Source: Paragordius varius
Lineage: Eukaryota; Animalia; Nematomorpha
Length of the DNA stretch: 64,000 nt
Assembly (NCBI GenBank): GCA_964247055.1
Contig: OZ176053.1
Coordinates: 496,001-560,000, forward strand
Reading direction: 5' to 3'
Positions 57,865 through 64,000 of this stretch are shown piece after piece. The stretch's first letter is position 1. Every line of letters starts with the position of its first letter. The notes under the pieces were generated by a model. It was not told where the DNA came from. It saw nothing but the letters and a program-made list of their open reading frames with translations, and searched no databases. The position numbers were made by a program, and so were the translations under genes.

Positions 57865-59564
57865 CCATTTCTCATTCAATAAAAACGGTTTTATGTTTGA
57901 CGACCAATATCAAAACAAGATATAAAAATAACTTTTATCTATCATCAGCGTAATATTAGGAGATTGTTTTTTTTATAAAACACAATTAATGACATTTTAC
58001 CCATATATTACAATCCAAATCATATTAATGACATATTCTTTAAGAGATATATGTTTTATTAACTGGCTGCTGAGTATTTTATGCTTTTTGAGATATGTTT
58101 AAGAAAATATTTAATAATTGATTTATTTTATCGATCGAATCACAATATTTGGGGCTAAATTATAATATTATCTATAGTTTCGGATGAAATAATAAAATAA
58201 AAAAAAATATCCCATTTTTCAACTCAAATTGGTCATTTACATTAGCAACTTTATAATCTATATATTTATAAAAATGGAAAATGCTGGCTTTGTGATGTGG
58301 TACAGGAAAAACGGTAGATCCAATCAAATCCAAACTTCAAAAAAATATAATCATTATTGAATGCCCCGACAATAGCTTCGCCCTTTTTTTGAAATAGGCC
58401 CCCAGTTCGGGCCCACCCCGTGTGAAAAAAATCGTGTCTTTGAGACAATTTTCTGGAGAACATGTTGGACCATTCAATTTCAAATATAATTTTTGTTTAC
58501 TTATTTTCGATTGCGCCGAACATAGTCGAGCCACTTTTTTGATTTAGTCCCTCTTTTTACCCGCTACCCCCGTAAAATGCCATTTTTTTCAAAAAACAAA
58601 GTCCACAAGAATAATTTTTAAAATCGATTTTTCGCCCTAGATATGAGACCGTAAAAATTCAATAAAGATTCCACGTATTCCCTGTTAAAAGGAAAAAATT
58701 TAAGCCAAGCGTTTCTATGATGATAGCTGCTGGGCAAGGAGCTACCCGCTAAAAACTGATTTTTCATGTAACTTTGTGATCTGTTTCCGGAAAACCGGTA
58801 AATCCAATCAAATCCAAACATTGAAAAAATATAATCATTAATGAATGCCCCGACAATAGCTTCGCCCTTTTTTGGAATTAGGTCCCCAGTTCAGGCCCAC
58901 CCCGTGTGAAAAATGGGTTAAGTCAATTTTCCGGAGAACGTGTTGGACCATTCAACTTCAAATATGATTTTTGTTTACTTATTTTTGATCGCGCTGAACA
59001 TATTCCTCTCGCTTTTTTAATTTAGTCCCACTTTTTGCCAGCTCTCCCCGTAAAATGCCATTCCCCCCCCCCCCCCCAGAAGTCCGAAGGACTTCCTCGG
59101 GCTGCGTAGAAGCACGAGATTTACGCTAGTATATAGTATAATGTATTTATTATCTTATGGTTAAAAATCCTTTTTGATTAAATATTTTTATCGAGAAACT
59201 TGGCATGTTTAAAGACCAATTTAAGATGACAATGTTATTATCCGAAACTATAGATTTTATAAATTAGCCCCGAATATTGGATTCGAACGATCAATAAAAT
59301 AAATAATTATTTTTTTTAATATATCTCAAAAAGCATAAAATATTCATCCAGTTTATATATATCTTTTAAAGAAGAGGTCATTAATGATTGTGTATTAGAA
59401 TGTATAGAAAAATTTGTCATTAAATAAATGTGTTATAAAAAATAAATCATAATATTACGCTGATATTCGTTAAAAGTTAATTTTATATCTTGTTTTAATA
59501 TTGATTACCTAAAATAAAACCGTTTTTATTGTCCGGGTAAGCGTTTATATTGACTGGGAAACGA
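57865..59564. mobile_element. Old long-TIR (foldback-like) element with ~350 bp diverged arms, interrupted by a Helitron
   Basis: 57865-58240 is the imperfect reverse complement of about 59200-59564 (e.g. CAATAAAAACGGTTTTAT, TCAGCGTAATATT, ATTTTATGCTTTTTGAGAT, CTATAGTTTCGGAT); the left end is TA|CCATTT. Confidence 0.75.
58257..59129 (+). mobile_element. Non-autonomous Helitron (873 bp)
   Basis: Inserted between A and T with no TSD; 5' end TCTATATATTTATAAAA; 3' end hairpin CTCGGGCT-GCGTAGA-AGCACGAG (59096-59118), 7 nt, then CTAG; two internal ~280 bp direct repeats (about 58305-58583 and 58788-59062). Confidence 0.8.
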
Positions 59565-59738
59565 TATATTTGACTGAATAAGGTCAATAATAAATAAAGG
59601 TTTGCATTTAAATTTAATTAATTTATGGAAGATATTCAAGCAATGGTGAAATTGATAAAAAATGTTTGGAACAATAAAATTCTAAAAAAATCAATAATAT
59701 AAAAAGATTCTATATATAATTTATTTCTATTAGAATTA

Positions 59739-60036
59739 CAGTAAAAACTGAAATTATACTATGGACAAAACGTAAAAATATAAGGACAAATATATTTTTC
59801 TAAAAGACAACCATACTTTTTTAAATCTAAATATTTCCCATATAAATGATTTATTTACAATTATAAAAAATACAATTGATTGTGTTACCAATATACATCA
59901 TTCCATGCTTTGCGATTCTTAACAATTATTTAAATTTTTAAAATTTGAGATTCAAAAAGTATAATTGTTATCTTTTAGAAAAAAATACTTGTCTTTATAT
60001 TTTTACGTTTTGTTCGTATAATTTCAATTTTTACTT
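59739..60036. mobile_element. Family C MITE downstream of ATG7
   Basis: TA|CAGTAAAAACTGAAATTATAC... and ...CGTATAATTTCAATTTTTACT. Confidence 0.8.
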
Positions 60037-60120
60037 TGAAACTAAATAATAATAATAGTATTTAAATAAAAATATATTAAATTTCTAAATAAAGTATATA
60101 TATATTTAAAGAGGTTAAAA

Positions 60121-63100
60121 TTAATTTTCATCATCAGTGGAACTAAGACTAAAAGTGTCCAATAAGTTTTCACCCAGGGTAGTGTTAACATTCTCCATTA
60201 GTTCTGTAAGGCCAGCCAGAGTTTCCAAGAAATTGCTCTTTGGGTTGATGTGTTGAGAATTACCATCAAAATTATTTGATGACATATAAGGATCAAAATC
60301 AGCAGTTATATTCGATTCGGCACGAAATACATTGGGTAAAAATGTCAAAGCATTTTTGTATGTTTCAATATTTTTTGATGATTCGGAAAGTTTTGAAAAA
60401 TCTTTTGCATATGAATCAAGAATCTGTTCCGTTTGGAGGGAAAAAATTAATTAAAATTGACTATTTTAGGCTTAAATTGTACCTTATGCAGTAAAAATTG
60501 ACATATTATACGGAAAAAACGTAGTATATAAAGACAAATATTTTTTCAAAAGACAACCACACTTTTTTTAAATTGTAATTATTCCTATGTGAATTATTTA
60601 ATTAAAATCGTAGTATATATAATTGATTGTTTTACCAATTTATATCTCCATTAACTACTTTGCAATTTAAAACAATGGTTTATATTTGAAAACTCAAAAA
60701 CTTAGAGGGGTATCTTAAAAAAATATTTGTCTTTATATTTTTATTGTTTTGTCCATATAATTTCAATTTTTACTCTAAGTAAAAAATCACCAAAATTTAT
60801 TATAGAACCAAAAAATATAAGATACTTCGATAATGAGGCATAAATATAAATGTTTTAGCTATTCAGCCATTATCATAAATTAAAAAGATATTGTTTAAAG
60901 CAAACTCAAGAAAGTTTTAACAGTATTGATATCGGCTATCCTTTAACGTCTATCTGCACCTGCTAAAGTGTAAAATATTGACATTTGACATAATTGATAG
61001 GCTTTAAAGTTAAATTCTCAAAAAGTCACAAAAAGGTTTGTTGGCGACAAGTAATAATAACTAAGGATCCCGATATCTTTTATTAGCAGATAGTATATTT
61101 GCAAAAAATATATATGCTTTTCAAACATCTAAAAATGTTAGTTACTAAAATATACCATATATTTATCCAAATCAAACGATAAAAAGCAAGGCAAATCAAT
61201 TGATTTAAAAACAATCATAATGCTAAATAAAATAAACGAAAAACCTTTTCAGAACAAGCTATACACTTATCAAATCTCAGGGTTAAGGGGTGAATGCCCG
61301 AAAAATTGGAAATAAAACCGCGCAATTGATGTGGAACCAATCCTAGAGTTGATTCTAACGATTCAATCAAAGTCAAATTATTATTGTGGAGACTCTTTTG
61401 TTGAACATTATTTATGAGGGTAGGGTTTGCATTGGCTATGCAAGGGGCATTAATTCTAATATGCCAAGATTAAAAATATATTACAATTAAAAATAAGAAA
61501 GGTTATATTGCGTAAAACGTCAATTTTTAAAGTTAAACTGTTTTGTTTATATAAATATAAAGTCAACGAAAACAACTTTAATTTAATAATAAAAACCAAT
61601 ACAAGGTAAATATATATTTGTTTTACGGTAAATCGACTTTAATTCCATCCAATATAATAAGGAGCCTACTATTTTGTAAAATTTCTAATATAACATATGG
61701 TAGGGGCCTTAACCCTATATTTCATGATAATGTAAAAAATTATTCATGCTTTATATACTGTTGACTTTTGTGAAAAATGACCAATTTTAGAATTTTTAAA
61801 AAATGACACCTATTTAATAAAAAATATCATTTTCCCTCACTTTACCCTTTTCAAAATCAAATTTAATCAAAAAAACGCAAAAACTTACCCAAGCGGATGT
61901 TGTAAAAGTGAAACGCAAAGTTCGATCGCTAAACCCGAAGCGATGAAAGACAGACCAGGTCTCGTGACCGTACATTGCTGGTCAAGTGACCGGTCCCGTT
62001 GACTATTAGTTGGGGCAATTATATCATTGCAAAAATAGCAACCAAGTTGACAACCTTGTGCAATACTATCTGTTTTAGTCAAAAAACCATTTAAACTTTG
62101 AATTTACCCTTGAACAATTCAAATTACCCCTAAAAATAAAATATGTGTTTTCGGGCGGCTAATATAACTCATTATTAATATAAAATGCATCTTTGTGGCT
62201 TAGTTTATTATTTTTTTCAGTATTAAGTAAGTAATTTTTAATCTTAAAGAACACATATAATTTATTTTAGGGTGAATTTGAAGTGTAAATGGTACAGTAA
62301 TAAAATTATTTTAACACTTTTTAGGACATATATAAACATCCAAATAATTCAACATTTATAAATTTAAATTCTTGGATTAAGATATATCCTAACAAAAAAC
62401 ACTTTTATAAAAATTGCATCGAAATTAAGGTTGAATGGACATAAATAAATTATAATTTTAGTAAAGCAATTAAAATTGCGTATTTACAATTAAAATCAAA
62501 TAAAGAGCCGCAAGTCAACCATATTTTTTGACAATTTTTTTATATAGATTATGAACTATATCCAATATTGAAAAGATCAATTTAAAAAAAATGCTATTCT
62601 TCACTAAATTATGACTTTTAACTTAAATTTCTTAAATATTATTAAAAACTATACTGTTAAGTAAATATAATTAATAACTTTCCATTTAAAAAAGCTATAA
62701 TATAATGTTACTAAATAATATATATACCTTTGACATACGCATCACCTGATTGGGACAACTGTTTAGTGTCAGATGTTTTGTCACCATTCATTGGCGCATA
62801 TGATCTCAATCCATGTCGTATGATGAGATATGAATCAAAACCAAGTGCCGTTGTTATTACCAACTATAAAAAAAACAATTTCAACTTATATTTAATTAAA
62901 CTTTGTAAGTAATTTAAATTCATAAAAATATCTTTGTCTATAAAAAAATTAATTTAAAGATAAAACTGATAAAGAATAATATATTGATAATGTATTATTT
63001 TGTCCATTATTCCACATTATTAAAAAAATTAAATAATATATTTTCTTTTCTTGATTTAATGTAAATTCTATAATCTCATTTAACATTTATCTTATAAATA

Positions 63101-63944
63101 TATTAACTTAAAAACTATTTTAAAAAGACAAAAAAATAATCAACCTTTTTCCTTACGGCCCCAATAACAGTGGGTAGCCATCGACTTTCTCGACTGTCAG
63201 TTAGGAGAAATATGGCATCATTTTCTTGTATCAGAGCATCTAACAATTCAATTTCATTCAACTGTTCTTTTGATTTTGCCATAGCTATAGAGTTTTGAGA
63301 GCTACCTAAACATAGAATAAAATAATTTTACAATGATTAAGGTTTTGCATAATGAATGAATATTAACCAGGCTATTATGATATAAAACATAAATTGCATC
63401 ACTCTATATATTAAAAATGGCGTCAATAAAAAAATCGTGCACTAATATTCTGAATTCTGGTTTAAAAAATTTGATTTTCAAATAAAAACTGAATACTTAT
63501 TTAAAAATTTACCTATTGAATAAATATATTTGGGTTCATAAGCGTGTCCTGGACAAGGAATTGTCACATTATAACCTTTAGATACCTATATATATTAGTG
63601 TTCAAATAAAAAATATTTATGATACCATAAAAATATTTTTATTTTGCCCTTTAAATTAATAGAAAAAGGCGTATATAATTATCGATGTATACCACATTAG
63701 GGTATATGGTTTTGAGAGCTTGGGCCGCAATTTCAGCTTTATTACGGAGCGAATTATTAACATTATTTTCTGTTGTAGTTAAATTTAAATCAGGTGATTT
63801 GACATTCGTATTTTGATTCGTTGATGCTGATGATGATTGAGCACATCTAAAGGCATCCTCGAACGTATATAAAGATTGCCGTGTAGGATTAGAATAGGAA
63901 ACAGTGCCATTATCAATGAACGTAATGTGAGTTATACCCCATGC
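60121..63944 (-). CDS. ATG7: Ubiquitin-like modifier-activating enzyme ATG7, 3' seven exons (5' part lies outside the window)
   Basis: Exons 63944-63693, 63585-63513, 63305-63145, 62863-62728, 62069-61889, 61455-61245, 60423-60121. [62 protein letters not shown], catalytic [30 protein letters not shown]. Confidence 0.96.
60489..60775. mobile_element. Family C MITE in the last ATG7 intron
   Basis: CAGTAAAAATTGACATATTATACGGAAAAAACG ... GTCCATATAATTTCAATTTTTACT. Confidence 0.75.
62087..62292. mobile_element. Family B MITE adjacent to an ATG7 acceptor
   Basis: CCATTTAAACTTTGAATTTACCCTTGAACAATTCAAA ... GGGTGAATTTGAAGTGTAAATGG|TA. Confidence 0.75.
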
Positions 63945-64000
63945 CTTAAATAATCAGATAGACAAATTGTGCATAAAATAATTATATCTTTGTAAACAAA

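Noticed and set aside
58266-58821. Three short minus-strand ORFs sharing FGFDWIYRFS
   Set aside because: They reflect the internal duplication of the non-autonomous Helitron; no Rep or helicase motifs.

Overview
Eukaryotic (metazoan) genomic DNA, very AT-rich, intron-rich and dense in small DNA transposons; no prokaryotic features. By hand-assembling exons (all splice phases checked) I support six conserved-family genes: WDR45/WIPI4 (621-4700, +), a DAT/NET-type SLC6 monoamine transporter (16989-11236, -), FBXW7 (23718-28655, +), RPB1/POLR2A (30475-52943, +, 26 exons), ALG11 (56061-53319, -) and the 3' part of ATG7 (63944-60121, -). There is also a spliced type II membrane protein gene missed by the ORF track (7696-6468, -, EFCAB14-like by pattern only) and two orphan ORFs. 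Non-coding DNA is filled with MITEs (TA-target CAGT-ended and CCATTT-ended families, piggyBac-like, hAT-like), two long-TIR foldback-type elements and a non-autonomous Helitron nested in one of them. Most unusual signals: (i) 25-32 nt introns alongside kb-scale introns, with very degenerate 5' splice sites; (ii) RPB1 introns grown by tandem duplication, including duplicated AG|GT acceptors that could be recursive splice points; (iii) an ALG11 intron whose only GT donor is supplied by a MITE end; (iv) an RPB1 CTD with no YSPTSPS, built from YSPSSPx clusters separated by Gly-rich spacers; (v) three CCATTT-ended transposon families that all carry 21-bp subterminal arrays. The tiny introns suggest a reduced parasitic animal such as a dicyemid, but that is inference only; no database searches were run.
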